Shown here in pieces: positions 1-14,665 of a stretch of DNA of 64,000 nucleotides. The stretch is taken from the NCBI GenBank assembly GCA_009602735.1, contig WELA01000374.1:104884-168883 (forward strand). Direction: 5' to 3'. This DNA is from Mesotaenium endlicherianum (lineage: Eukaryota). Position numbers and translations under genes: made by a program. The notes under the pieces are model-generated. The model was not told the DNA's origin and did no database searches. It saw nothing but the letters and a program-made list of their open reading frames with translations. Position 1 is the stretch's first letter, and the number at the start of each line of letters is the position of its first letter.

Positions 1-1325
1 GGGGGGGGGAGACGCAGAGAGCGTGCCGAAGGAGAAGGGGGGGCAGCATTCGAGCCTGCTGCCTCTCCTCTCAACTGACTCCATCTTACCCGATCCCGTC
101 TCATCTCATCTCCTCACCTTTCTCATCTCGTCTGGCTCAAAGACAGCGAGGGGATGAGGAAGGGGGGGCAATGGAGAGGGAGGAGGGCAGCAGGCCAGCA
201 GGCCAGCTGCGTGGGAGATGGGAAGCAGCCGTGGTTTGAGGGTGAAAGTAGCAGCTCTCAGCTTGGGTTGCCAGGAGTCGTGACGGGGAGGCTGCCAGGT
301 GTCGGGGCGGGAACGGCCTCAGGCCTTTCTTGGCGCAACTGGCAGGAAATGCACAGCCTGGCGCCGCAGCTGCTGCCACCGCTGCCGATGACAGGCACTC
401 ACAATGTGCCTGCTGGGGCGTGCACGCGTTAGTGCGCGCTAGCTAGCCAGCCAGCGAGACCAGGAAGAGGAGCGGGGAGCCTCTTGATGAGAGAGTCACA
501 AGAAAGAGTTACAGAAGAGACACACAAGTGGCGATGGGGACTACGCCGCGGGCAGCAGGCTGAGGCACTGCCAGGTGTCAGCCGCAGCCAGGGGCCTTCG
601 CAGACAGGCAGACTGCTGCGGCGGCAGAGGAGGAGACAATCCAAAACTGTTCGGGAGATGCAGTTTGGCCCACAGGCACGCTGCTGCTTCTGACACGGAG
701 AGGGCAGCAGCCCCGCGAGAGAGAGCAAAGCAGCAGAAGAGCAGGGGACTCTTGCAAACGCCGATGCCCGCCATGCTGAGGCACGAGGGCAGAAGACACA
801 CAACAAACAACGGGGCCATCCCCCCGCGCCCCCAAATGCGCCAGGCCCCCACTCCCCCTCGAGAAAGATGCACCAAGCAGTGGCAGCAGCAGCAGCAGCA
901 GCAAGAAAACTACCAACAACTTCGCGTTGCCTTTGCCTCCCCCCCCCTCTCTCACGCACCCTTTCCCTCATCCCCCCCTTCCCCTTCTTCCCCTGTGCCC
1001 ACCCCGTATCAGCCCCCTCCTCCTGCCTCCTCCCCCCACTCATCTCCCTCATTCCCTTCTTGCATCCATTGCATGCACAACGCTATTCTCCCACACGACG
1101 CTACACTTGGTCAGGTTCGGGACAATGTTCATACTCGATAGCGTGAGCTTTGCAAAGAGATGCTTTAGCGTTGCAAGCGAACTAAGGGGAGGGAGGAAAG
1201 GAGAGGAAGAGAGGGAAGGGGGGTAGGATAGAGGAGAGAGAGGGAGGGAGGGAGGGACAAAAGAGAGAGAGAAACAAACAGAGAGCGAAAGCGATAGACA
1301 AAGAGGGGGAGGGAGGGAGAGCAAC

Positions 1326-2782
1326 CTCGTTCACGTAGTCGCAGAGCCGGAAAAGCGCCACCTCAGCGGGCGACTGCGCGTCCTTGTGCTCACTGCTGGC
1401 GGCGCCAGATGTCAGCACCACAAGCCTCTCCTTGAGCCTCTGCACTCGAAGCACACCCACCCGTTGCACAGATCCCATCTGCCAGCTGGATGAACTTTTC
1501 TGCGACAAACACCAGCTCTCGTTCTCCGTCATCAGGAAGCCAAGTGGAGCGCACACAGCCCTAGCACTCTGAGGCTGTGGGAGGACCTTTGGCCGTACCT
1601 CCCCCGTAAGGGATCCCCTGTGAGTTGTTCGTGGTGAAGGGGACGAAATTCGGACACACACACACACGCACACACAGACGACGCGCGCGCGCACGCACAC
1701 ACGTGTGCATCTATGCAGGCAAAGACAAGCACACACGCACACACACAGACGGGCTATCACAGGAAAACATGCGCACACAAAGACACACACAGACGAACTT
1801 ATACGGTCACGCACACACAAAGGGACACACCGCCAAAGAGAGATACGTGCACATGCACATGCGCACAAAAACACACAGGCACACGGGCACACACGCACAC
1901 ATGCACCCTTGCACATGCACTCACTGTGTGGGCCAGCTTCCCATGCACCAGGCATCCTTGCGAGCATTGCGCCTCCAAGCACGCGCGCAAGCCAGCCAGC
2001 CAGCTTCTTATGGGAGACACATCAGGGACAGGCAAGGAGTGTGCGCCGCGGCAGCGAGGGGGATGGGGAGGGGCTGTGCAAGCGTGAGGCGATGAGCAAG
2101 GCCCCGCGTGGGGGNNNNNNNNNNNNNNNNNNNNNNNNNNNNNNNNNNNNNNNNNNNNNNNNNNNNNNNNNNNNNNNNNNNNNNNNNNNNNNNNNNNNNN
2201 NNNNNNNNNNNNNNNNNNNNNNNNNNNNNNNNNNNNNNNNNNNNNNNNNNNNNNNNNNNNNNNNNNNNNNNNNNNNNNNNNNNNNNNNNNNNNNGGGGGG
2301 GGGGGATGTTAGCAAGGGGAATACGGGCGCAGAGTCGGAAATCTTGATGCGCGCGCCCGTCTCCTCGCGGAGCGCGCGGATGTGCGCTCCAGATCGCCCG
2401 ATCACCACGCCCATTTTCGCCACAGGCACCAGCATGCGCAGCACTACCTCTACCCCTGCCCCCCTTGCCAGAAAAGATCAAGGTCAACCTAAGGTCAACT
2501 TGAGGTCAACGCAGGGTCAACGCATGAAGAGATGAAGAGATTGAGACGCGGTCAGCCAGGACCATCGCGGCCACACAGGCACTCCAATGCGCAGCACCAC
2601 CTCTGGCCCTTTTACCCACAAGGACGAGCAGCCAGAGTCATCGAGCTCAACGGGGAGTCAACGTGAGGTCAACTTGGGGAAAGACCAAAAGTTGAAAGCA
2701 GTGAGGAGCTGAACTCCTATGAGAGGCTGAGTGACACGCGCAGAGTCACGCGCCCGCAGGCGCGGGGGAGGGGGGGGGGGGN

Positions 2783-2838
<56 letters not shown>

Positions 2839-4119
2839 GAGATCATTATAAAAGGGCAGCCCAGAAGGAAAGTGCAATATTGCAAGGATCACTCTGCGTC
2901 CCCTTGCCAGCTGGCTCTCGCCAGCTGGCTCTTGTTTGAGGTGGGGGACAGAGAAGTAAGCCTGGGGTGAGGGAGGGTAAGCTTCAGGGGCTGGGGGTGA
3001 GGGAGGGGCTTGACGATGATGAACTTGACAGCATACAACCCCGTGCATTACCCCGTACATGCATATATCGACACCTAAAACCAATAGGTCAAAATATATT
3101 ACTATCGGTACATACATACATCGATACCTGTAACCAATAGGTCCATATATAATATCATTGACACATACATGAGTTACATAGGCATGTACATGTGTGTATA
3201 CTAATGAAGTGGTGATTCGTAGGAAGAGTATACCCAAGCCCTGAGGGTGGCGGCGGTCGTCGGCAGCAGCTAGGGTTTCGGGCACTGCACGTCTCTTCGT
3301 GTCCTGATCGCCTGAGCCCTGCATGCATGCGGCTCCACATGCGCCAGCGATGGCACAGGGGGCACCCCAGGATCAGAAGCGGAACCCCGGGGTCCAACAA
3401 GCCCAACCCCAGCATCCACATCCACTTGCTCTAGCTGACAGCTGACTAACTCCTCAACATGAGGACTTGGCAACAATGAGACATAGCGAGAAACTCCCAT
3501 GCCAGCGAGAGGCGTTGCATTCTGCCCTTCCCATTCAGGATTCCCCTCTAGTTCCTTCTATAAGCCTCTGCTTCCTCTGCTTCCCCTCTGCTCTCCTTCC
3601 TTTCCCCTTCCAACGCATCCCTCTGCATCCTCTTTTGCATAGTCACGCGGTCAGCATCAGAGAACCATCTGATGGCCAACCCATGGAGGTCGAGCCGGCT
3701 GCCTGCATGCAATGGACCATAGCATATGTAGGGGACAAATGTGCGCACAAAATAGAAACAGTAACCACTCCAGTCAGCAACAGCACTACCAACATTGACT
3801 ACACTGACTACCAACAAATGCCGACCATCAACTTCCAATCAAAGTGCTAATGCTCGTCATTGTTGGTAGTGCTGTGGCTACTAGTTGGACTGCTATGAAA
3901 CCGAATCTGTTGAACGCTTGACCATGGCTTCGAGATTTTCTCCAAAACATTTTTGGACGAGCACTGTAAGCTTACGACCTCGCGATGATCGGCTCGGCGC
4001 TTGTTACTGCCGACGTCGCGATCCCGCTGGCTGCGGCTGCTATTCTCGTCCTCACTGGCCCTCAACTCATCCTCCCACTCGTCTTCGTCCAACTCTTCCT
4101 TCTCTTCCTTGGAATTCAT
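1326..4119 (-). CDS. KH-domain RNA-binding protein (plant HEN4/RCF3/PEP-like type), 5' part. Exons about 4119-3976, 3318-3234, 2455-2325, 1439-1326; 3' part unresolved
   Basis: Exon 2455-2325 encodes VVLRMLVPVAKMGVVIGRSGAHIRALREETGARIKISDSAP (KH GxxG loop). The next exon, RLKERLVVLTSG...SPAEVALFRLCDYVNE, completes the KH1 pattern. GT-AG boundaries are phase-compatible. The first two exons are less certain. Confidence 0.75.
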
Positions 4120-5524
4120 TGTGTGACACTGCTACTACTCTCGAGCTGAAGGTCAAGTCGGTAACGACGAGATGGTCGAGGCCGAAAACTAACTCAACCT
4201 GCGGCAAGGTCTTGCTGTTTGCGCACGCTATGAAAAGGTACCCTAAAGGCGACTAGAGGGTAAGAAACGAGAAGGTGTCAATCTCTCGTGCGACAACAGG
4301 AAGTCGTAACTTGACAGTCCAGCTAAAAGTGGAACCTTGCAAACCAAGGCAGCCGAGCAAGCCTCCCACCAGGAAAGCTCCGTGCGACTAATGTGAGACT
4401 ACTGCAAGCATAGGAAGACTATCTGGTAAATTAGATTCCAGAGAGTGATGCATTCCCGTGAGTTTAAAGACAGCACCTAAGAACCTCGTTTGCAACTGTT
4501 ACCTGTTTACAACTTTGACATGTTCCAATTATAACAGTGAATTACGAAGAAAGTACAACTACGTATTTTGAAATACGACGAGCTCGCACATGGCACAAAC
4601 TTCCGAGCAGTTCCGAGCCACTTCGGAGGGCATCCGAGGACATCCGAGGGTGTTGTTTGGTATTGTTTGGCCGACGTGGCTTGGAGCTTTACGACTTTCA
4701 TTTGACCTGACAGTGCAGCGCGAAGTGGAAGTGGAGCAGAAGTGGAGCTATTTCTCGCAGTGGGCGGGCAGATGCTTCCCCCGCTGACTTTCATTCACTT
4801 TCTTACATTTTTCCATTATTCATATCACTTCAGATGCCTTCCAGAATCCACACCATTTAAGACGACGTGCGGGCAACAGGCCCACGCCTGCTTGCGTCCG
4901 CATCGACCTGGCGATGGTGGGCCTGCATATGTGCGTAGGGTGGTCTAGTGCGAACTGCCAGTATAAACTTTGAGAAATTTGCGTACCACTTCATTTTAGA
5001 AGTATAATAGTTACTTTCGCGTACAGAAGTGCAACATAGAAGGTTCTTCCTTTCCTCGTACTAGCGGACTCTTCGCTACAGTATCAGTTTTCGCGTACCA
5101 TTACCGTCAATACGGATGATAAATTTGTAGTAAATACAGTTTAGGTGTCACTAGTCAAAATACCCGATCGACGCACTCTTTTGGATAGTTTCACGTACCA
5201 CCATCGTGTTTTTGTGCACATTAAAGTTTGCTCTAAAATGCGCGGAGAGCGAGTGAGCCCGGAGCAAACGTGAAATCATGGCGTTGACGGTGTCTGAAAC
5301 AGTGCGGTCGTTCACGTCGATCCATCCGGGGTTCGATTCGTGAGGGCATCGCGCCGTCAATCCGTAGTGTCGCAGTTGGAAGTGCCAGCATGGCTGATGG
5401 AGGCAAGTAACGATCGAGCCCATGGCTACCACCGCTGGGATATTGTTTCACGTCAGCCGCATTCCCATCTCTCTTTTCGCCCTTAACTTAGCACAGAGGT
5501 GATAACGGTTCTAAGAGAGAGGTC

Positions 5525-6361
5525 ATGAAGGGTCACGGGCTTCGCTCCCGTACTAGGGATCTCTTCTCCAGGGCCTTCCGTAAGAAGGGTTCCATCCCTT
5601 TGACCACATACCTGCGCACCTATAGGGTTGGCCAGTATGTCGACCTTAAGGTGAACCCTGCTGTGCATGGCGGTATGCCCTTCAAGTTTTACCATGGCCG
5701 TACGGGCAAAATCTGGAACATCACCAAGAGGGCTCTTGGTGTTGAGATGAACAAGCAGGTATATCTCGGTTTCATTCTTCACTTGTAGTCCTACATCTAT
5801 ACATTGTACTGATTGGTAACTAATGGTGAGGGGATAAGGATAAGGTGGACATGGAGGGATGAGGTAGACATTCAGGGTTAAGGGAGCTGAAGGTCAGGAA
5901 GAGGGAGGTGTAAGACTTGGGGCTCAGTGAATCAGTATATCAGGTCGCACATACTTACTGCTTTCACGCGTCAATTGAACCGTTAGTGAAGTGCACTTCG
6001 AGACAAATTCACTAGATTCAATCACGACACTCGGGCCTGAGGACCCATATTAGGTCTTGGGATTGTTCCTCAGCTACCAGTCTTGTGTCTTGTTTCCTGG
6101 CAGGTGGGGAACCGCATCATTAAGAAGAGGCTTCATGTGCGTATTGAGCACGTGACACCTTCCAGATGCCGTGAGGAGTTTGTTGAGAGGAGGAAGCGCA
6201 ATGACGAGCTCAAGGCAGCCGCTAAGGCTAAGGGTGAGAAAGTGTCGACTAAGAGGCAGCCCGCTGGACCCAAGCCCGGGTTCGTGGTTGAGGGCCAGAA
6301 GCTGAACTGCGTTACCCCCATTCCCTACGATGTCGTCAGCGACCTCAAGGGTGGTTACTAG
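5525..6361 (+). CDS. RPL21: 60S ribosomal protein L21 (eL21); exons 5525-5758 and 6104-6361, 163 aa
   Basis: [22 protein letters not shown]...[12 protein letters not shown]...[20 protein letters not shown]...[11 protein letters not shown]...[14 protein letters not shown] is a typical plant eL21, with one phase-0 GT-AG intron. Confidence 0.97.
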
Positions 6362-7868
6362 AAGTGGGGTTTTGGTAGTGTTGCCTATTGGTATCAGCAG
6401 ATGCATCGGCAGCTGGGGGAGCTGGATGTGCTGCCTGCAGGTCGGACGAATTTGTTGTGGCTTGCGTACATATACGACTCATATAAAGAAAATTTATGGG
6501 GCTGATGGGAGGAAGCAGTTCTTGTTGTGTACAATGAGCAATACGAAGTTATGAGTATTGTGGCAAATCTTGCCTTATTCATGATCTGACGGCAACTACT
6601 CCAACACGAACTTTATCCTACAGCTGCTACAATTCGTGTGATTGCTACTGCATGCCTACAGTGATGAAAGGAAACTTGCCAGACTGATGCCCTTTTCTGG
6701 AGAACCTAAATAACATTTTGGGAGGATTAGGGTTTAGGTGGCGATTAGACCAGGGCAGCTTTTGCAACCAAGTCTTCAGTTTCTAACCTGTGCGCAAAAC
6801 TCATACTGACATTCGTCCACCGTCACACATGCAAGTCACATTTGGTGGATCAAACCTTCACTGGCCTCGCAGAGAGTGCAGGGTGGAGCCTTGAATTGCA
6901 AGGACTGGTTCTAACTCACCGTGCTCTTTCAGCCTCCTCATTTGACATCATCGAACATCCTGAGTGGCTGCTAGTTGTCTTGTACCCCTTAGTGTGTTAG
7001 TTCACTCTGAGATTTGCCGCAGCCATTGGTCATGACTCTGATGGCGGAAGGAAATGGAGTTGTCTTCAATATTCGTCAGATTGCTCTCTCCTGTCAGGAT
7101 GGTCTCTGTGCACTTCGTGCGCATTTTACATTGGTGTGTTTTTTTTTGGTTGTTGATAACTACCTACGGCGAAGCTTTTCTCTCTAAATAAAAAGGAATA
7201 TGTTGGGATTGATCTAGAGATGGGCTGTTGCCAGGGTAGCTGCAAGAACATATCTGAAGCTCATTGCTGTCAAGAGTATTTGCATTTGCAGTGTCATCCG
7301 ACAAATAAAGGATGTGTAAGTGTGGCAGCCTATCTTGTTTTTTGTTCCTCCTCAAGGAACAAAGAAATATCTTTGTTGTAAGTGACAAACGTTGCAAGAT
7401 GCAGTGAACAGCAGACTCAAGGGTGAAGTGTTGCTTATGTCTCAGTGAAGTTAGTCATTGTTATGTAACCAAGCGTATGATGCAAGCCGCAAATGTTTCT
7501 ACCATACTCTCAACGCGTCAAAGTTTCTCTTGCAGACCATGGGCGGTAAACTCCTGGGATGTAGGAACACAAGGCCAATGGGTGTGAAGTTGTAAAACGA
7601 ATCCATATTGAGCACAAAAACAAACCGCAAAAATTTGTCCCTGGAAGAACTGGTCATCAAATTTTAGAATCAGAAGAGCACAAAAGATAAGGCAAGCTCA
7701 CCCCCCCCATACTAACGAGTAAGCGGTAAGATGAAAAATAATGGTACAAGTTAAGATGTCCTCTCTACATTCTCTAGAAAAAAACTAAGCGATTGCTCAA
7801 TGACTCTGCGTGAGCATGTCCTGCAAAAGGTAGAAGTTTTGAGTCACACTATCTATAGAGAACTATCA

Positions 7869-10136
7869 TTAAGGAATGTTTTCTGCAAGTGTGGTGAGAG
7901 GTCTTGACTGATGGAACCGCAGAAGTAAGGAGTTTGTCACCACTGCTATCGAACTGAACGCCATCATGCTCCCTGTCAGAGCTCCAACAATGCCCAAACA
8001 CAAACACATATTTGACTTGTAGGCAATCGTACAACTGCGCTCATAATTGCTTCCTTATTCTCCAATTGCAGTGACAACAAAAGCATGACTGCAGATGGAG
8101 GGAGCAGGTGTTCAACGTCCACCATAAAAGATCAAGGGCACTACTTGTAGACGGAACAACCAGCTCCAGTATAAAATGTGATGAATGGACGAACTTGAGC
8201 AACCCCCATCACACTCACCCCCCCCCAAAACTGCAAAACTTGACATCCCACTCCTCCAAGGGCAAGAGCAAGTGTGTCAAAATAGCGTCTCCAAGACAAG
8301 CACGGCATACTTTCATTCAGCTAAACTAAGGAATTCAGTCAACAGCTTTTTTTCTTTCATTCAAAAGGGGTCTGTGACAAAAGAACACTTCATGCGCGCA
8401 CTAGCGCACATGAGCACGAGTGCGCAATACACAAGAACACACACAAAGGTACCCACACACACACACAAACACAGCCACGAAGAGACACACACACACACAC
8501 ACCCTCACCCACCCACCCACACACATACACATGTACACACACACACACGCGTGCAGAGGGAGGGAGGGAGAGGAGGGGGCCATTAGGCATACCTGCCAAT
8601 GAGGGTGTGAGGGCGACGTCGTAGGCTGGCAGAAACGCCCCAGCCGCGAGCGGAATCGCAATGGCGTTGTAGCCGAGCGCCCACATCAGGTTCTGCTTCA
8701 CCTTCGCCAGGGTGGCTCTCGACAGCTCCACCGCTTCCACCAGCTGCAATCACGTGTCGCCACCGCAGCCCACCCCAGCTCACCCATGTCAACAACATGC
8801 TTGGAGCGCTCACCACACTAGCATGACCCTCCACCCATGCAGCTGTTGGTCGGTGGCAGGACAGGTACGAGCGGGATTTCTGGCAGGAAATGGTCATGTC
8901 TCCATCATCCTCCAACCCCCCCCCCCNNNNNNNNNNNNNNNNNNNNNNNNNNNNNNNNNNNNNNNNNNNNNNNNNNNNNNNNNNNNNNNNNNNNNNNNNN
9001 NNNNNNNNNNNNNNNNNNNNNNNNNNNNNNNNNNNNNNNNNNNNNNNNNNNNNNNNNNNNNNNNNNNNNNNNNNNNNNNNNNNNNNNNNNNNNNNNNNNN
9101 NNNNNNNNNNNNNNNNNNNNNNNNNNNNNNNNNNNNNNNNNNNNNNNNNNNNNNNNNNNNNNNNNNNNNNNNNNNNNNNNNNNNNNNNNNNNNNNNNNNN
9201 NNNNNNNNNNNNNNNNNNNNNNNNNNNNNNNNNNNNNNNNNNNNNCATCTGCCCCCCAACCCCCCTATATTCTCTCTAGCCCCTCCCCCCTCTTAGGACA
9301 CATGAGCTGCACATGAAGTTTCTTCAGGGCCAAGCAAGCGCGAGCGCAGGCACGAGCAGAAAAGGGCATCCGGAGCTGAGAGGATACGGTACAAGCAGCT
9401 GCGAAGGCAACGGGACATGCACGAGAACAGCACGCTTCGTTTCTCCAAGGAATGAAGGAAGCATGAGCACGCTCGGGCCCGCCGGGCTGCAGAGCGCACA
9501 GATGAGCAGCGGCTGGGAGCGAGCGCATGCGCTCGTTGACAGCACAATGCGCAGCAAGCTTTTTCCCCAAAAGCACGCGCAGGAGCACAAAAGAAGAGCC
9601 CCGGCAGTGAGGAGTGAGAAATGAGAAATAAGAAACGAGAAATGAACTGAGGGAGGGGCTGAGAGCACCAGCTACACAGTAAACTGGAAAGTTGCATGTT
9701 TGCGAGCGAACCTAATTCACGACATCGATTTTGCCATTGTAGAGGAAGCATGAGCACGTTCCAGCCCTGTGAGGCGAGGACCGGAAACAGAGAGAGCTAG
9801 GAAAGAGCAGGAATGGGAGCACACGGACCTGCGAGAGGCGATTGCCGAGCAGAATGACGGCGGCGGCGTCCTCGGCGGCGCCACGTGTCGCCCCGCCGGC
9901 GCTAGACGTGATGGCCACGCCCACGTGGGCTGCTGCCAGCGCGGGCGCGTCGTTCACGCCGTCGCCCACCTGGCAAGAGCAGAGCATACCAGCTCGCCCG
10001 CTGCTTCAATGAGCGAAGTATCGAAGACTCACCAGCGCACGACACATACACACGCACGCATGCCCGCGCGCACACGCACACGCACACGCACACACGCGCG
10101 TGCAAATACATGCACACACGCACGCACGCACATGCG

Positions 10137-10188
<52 letters not shown>

Positions 10189-13100
10189 CAAACAAGCATG
10201 CGTGCACACATATACACACAAACATACACATACATACACAGACACACACACGCAGACATGATGCACCCATGCGACAGCACATGCTGCATGTGCAATCTCA
10301 GAATGACGTGCCACCTGGTACCTTGCCCCTCTGGTGCCTTCAGACGAAGTGGACAGACCTGCCCAGCCCCTCTCCTGGCCGGCTGTGGAGGGGGGGAGGG
10401 AGGCGGGAAAGAGCAGGGGGGAGGTACACACGGCTTGCTGTCTATGACCAGTAGCACGAGCATGAGAGGATGGGAGGATGCAAGAACCCAAGGCAACGTG
10501 CGCAGGAGGCAAGGCATGGAAATCTTTTGGAGAGAGCGAGGCTCAGCGAGCGTGAGTGAGAATTACGGAGATGCCCAAATTGGAAAGGGAGAGAAACAAG
10601 GGAATGAAAGCAGGGGACAGAGCCAACTTCTGGAAGCGCACTTGTTACTACGAGCTGACAAGCAGGCACGCAACTGGCAGATGAGGCCAACGGCGGCGCT
10701 TGACGGAGGATTGATGGGCCCTGAATGTGCGCAAAGGGGGATTGCGCAGACAGAGAGAGGGCAAGGGAAGGGCATGCAGTTTGTGGCTGGCAGTTGGCAA
10801 TCGGCAGGGGGTGGAACACAAGGCCAGAGCGGCAGAAGAAGAGGGAGAGGGAGAGGGGGAGAGGGAGGGAGAGAGAGGGGCAGAGGGAGGAAGAGGTAGA
10901 GAGAGAGAGTGGGAGAGAGGGGGGGAGAGGGGGAGAGAGAAGAAGAGAAACGGAGAGAGAGAGAAGAGAGGGAGAGAGGGAGGGGGAGAGGGAGAGGGAG
11001 AGGGAGAGAGGGCGCTTGCACAATGAAAAGAACGGCAACCCCACCATGGCCACGCACTGCCCACTCTCCCGCAGCTCCGCCACACGCCGCGCCTTGTCCG
11101 CCGGCAGCAGCCGCCCGAAAACGGCGCCAGCTGGAATGCCGACCTCGAGTGCAACCGCCTCCACTGCGCGCGCGTCGTCTCCTGACATCACCCTCACACC
11201 CACCTGTAGCTCCTCCAATCTGTTCTCTCTCTCGGTCCCAGCCGCCCGCCCGCCCGCCAGCCCGCAAGTCCAATCGCACGCACGTACAGACGTACGCACG
11301 CACGCACGCACGCAGCACGCCTGTTAGCCCAGGTGCTTAGGAGAGAGTGACCCCAACTCTACTCCTGAGGTGCCGTTGCCATCCAGGCAAGTCCGTTCGA
11401 TTCTTAGGTCTCCTCTGTGGCTGCCTCCCTCCCCTCCCCCCTCCCTCTCTCTTTCCATGTCCCTTGAGTCCTCTATTGCCTACCGCACCGTGGAGTTGCC
11501 CGGAAAACGCGGGCAGGCAAGGAGGGCAAGGCCAGAACATAGGAGGGAAGTTGCTGGTAAGAAATGGACACCCCCCCCCTTGTGTCCCGTTTTCAGGGAG
11601 TAACTTTCGGAAAGCGGGCAGACAGGAAGGAGAGGGCCGGTCCGTATGAGGGAGGGGAGGAAAGAACGTAGTCATCAGGTGGACTGCTGGCCAGACAGCT
11701 GGAGGCTGCAGGAGTGAGGGATGCGCATCCTCACCGTCGAATGGTGGGCGCAGCATCTTCGCGTGTGCGATCCATCAGGCAGATGGCGCCAACTAGGCCG
11801 CGCCCCTCCACACCCACAAACGTGACAGTTATCGCCTGCCCATCACCGCCACTGCCGCCCGCCCCGCCCGCGCCGATACGCCGCCGCAGCTCCTCCTCCA
11901 GCCCCTCCGCCGCCCCGGCAATGTCTGCCCGAACATCCCGGTCACCCCCGGGCCCAGCCCCTAGCCCCCCCTCCCCGTTTCCCCCGCCTGCCCCTCTAGC
12001 CACCCCCGCTCCGTTCGAGCCTACCCCCAAGCCTACCCCCTCTGCTCCTGAGCCCCCTCCGGCTCCCGAGCCTCCTCCCAAACCTACACCTGAATCCAAG
12101 CCTGCCGCCAACCTTAGCCCACCTGGACCGGAGCTGGAGACAGCTTCAGCCCCCGATTCTAATCCCAACCCTAACCCTAATCCTCCTGAGCCCCTCCTCT
12201 GCTCATCCCCCTGCGCATAGCAGGTCTGTTGAATCAGGTCGAGCGTACCCACAGCGGCCAGCTTGCCCTCGACAAAGGCAATGCAGCCCCGCCCCGGGAG
12301 AGTCACGGCGCCGGAGATGGCGGGGACCGCCAGGCTGCTCGCGGTCGCTCGCCCGATGATGGCGCTGGCCAGCGGGTGCTGCGTGCCGCCCTCCACTGCT
12401 GCCGCAACTGACAGCACAAAGCGCTCCTGCGGCGACAGGTGGTGCTCCCCCGCTGTTGCTGTCTCCTGCTGACGGGCAGCGCCGGAGGTGTGGTCAAAAT
12501 CCACGGCCGCAATGGCAGCCACGCTCGGCGTTCCTTCTGTGAGCGTGCCGGTCTGAGACGCCGACAGGTGGCACGCAAGGGAGGAGGAGAAGGAGGAGGA
12601 GAGGGGGGGGGGGAGAGGGGCACGTGCACACAAGACACACACGTGGCGTGAGGCGTCGGTCTTATGTTCCCGACAGGCGTTTCATTCTTCGGGAGCTCCT
12701 GCTCCTGATGGGGTGAACCAGTTGCACCTGCTCCGCAATCGTTGGCATCTGAGGAACGAGATTTGGAAGGACAAGGCTGTGAGCCGAGCCTAGCCTGGCA
12801 TGCAGCGGCGGTGAGTGCCCCGTTCTCAGTTCCTCTCAGCTTCTGTACCAGCACGCGTACTGTCCGAAGGCACAAACGAGGGCAACGGCGCCGCAAGAGT
12901 GCTCCCAAGACGAGGACACCTGGCATGAGGGAGAGGGAGAGGCAGCTGTCACTCCTAGCTAGCTCCTGAAAGTGAGAGGAGTAGGAGCAGGAGGAGAAGG
13001 AGAAGGGCCTATGGGGAAGGACCAAACAGGAGCGCGCATGGGGATCAGGGCCTAGGGCTTCGGGTGCAGGGTTTAAGGCTTCCCCTGCTGGCTTCTTAGC

Positions 13101-14624
13101 AGCACCTTGTCAAAGACCACTGTGGTGACGCCAGCGAGGCGCTCGAGCGCGTCTCCCCCCCTCAGCAGCAGCCCCCGGCCGGCGCCTGCGGCCGCACACA
13201 CCCAACCAGAGAGCGACAGGTGGCACCCACCCACCCCCCCGGGTGAGCTCGCAGACCAATTGCTGCCAGGTGGCGGCATCTGAAGAGACACGGAAGGCTT
13301 GCTAGCAGCATCTGAGAGGCGGCTGCCGTTGCTCTCCTCAGAGCCCCCCCCTCTTCGAATGGTTCCATCTGGAGCCCCAATAGAAGGGCCACTTCTCCCG
13401 CGATATCGGGCGGCGTCTTCGACTGGTGCAACCAGCAGCCGCCACCTCGCAGGCGCTCGCGTGCCTCACAAGAGAAGGTGGGCTCTCAGCATGGCCCTCC
13501 TCTCTCTACGTGTCTCTGCTTTGGAGTTTCCAGCCCCAAAAGAAGGGGGCCTATTGCCTCTTCCCGCGCTATCGACGGGCGCTATCGTCTCTGCCCTGAG
13601 CTGGCATGCCAGCCTCTCTGGCCTTCCCCGTGCAATCAAACAGCGCTAGCATCTGCCTCCTCCTCGACAGAACAGACGCTCACGCCTCGGAGAAAGGCAC
13701 ACCTCCCGACATCTCCCTCCTCTGTGAACCAGTCCCGGGTTTCAAACGATGCGTGCTTTCTGTTGCAAGCGGAAACGGCGCTATCGGCAGCCCCCTCGCA
13801 GATGCTCAAATATCACACATCTCAACGAAAGGCGCCGCCCGGGGGCCCTGCCCTCCTCTCCGCATCGTCTCCGTTTTGGGTCCAAGACGGGCACTCAGCC
13901 ATACACGCACACATGCGCGCGCACGCACATGCACACGCATGCACGCAGAGACAGACAGAAAGCAGACAGGTTTTGCAAAACGAAGGGAAGCTGCCGCCTA
14001 CCGAGGGAGGTGCCCACAAGGACAGCTGTTGGCGTGGCGAGGCCCAGCGCACAGGGGCACGCCACCACCTGTCACGCCACGTCAGCAACAGACGCACGAG
14101 AGCGTAGCAAGTGTCACACGCCAATTAGCCACATGCACACTGCTGGCTGCTCATTCGCACGCCTGCAACGCGGAAACTTGCCCTAAACTCCAAACGCTAA
14201 CCTCAATACTCATACCCCCTCAGCTTCTACTTTAAGAAACCCTAGCCACCCACAGGCACGCGCTCGCGCGCACGCACGCGCGCACACTTTTGGCAAGGAC
14301 GTACGCTCCAGGAGCACTGGAGAGTATCGCATAACCCGCGTGATGCAAACGCAATCCGTAATCTGCTTCCAGTCAGACGAGGCAACAGGGGCCCCACAAA
14401 AAGCAAGCAGCAAGAGGACGAGCATCACCATATCATCATCATCATCTCTACCCCCCCTGCCTCCCCACCCCGCCCCTCACCGGCCACCCACCATGACGTT
14501 GATGGCCAGCTTGAGAGCCAGCAGCAGCACGCTCCCGTCGTCGCCCGCCACGTCGCTCAGCAGCACGTCCGGGTACAGGCTCGTTCCCAAAAAGTTCCTG
14601 CGCACCCGCGCACGGACAGGGGCA

Positions 14625-14665
<41 letters not shown>

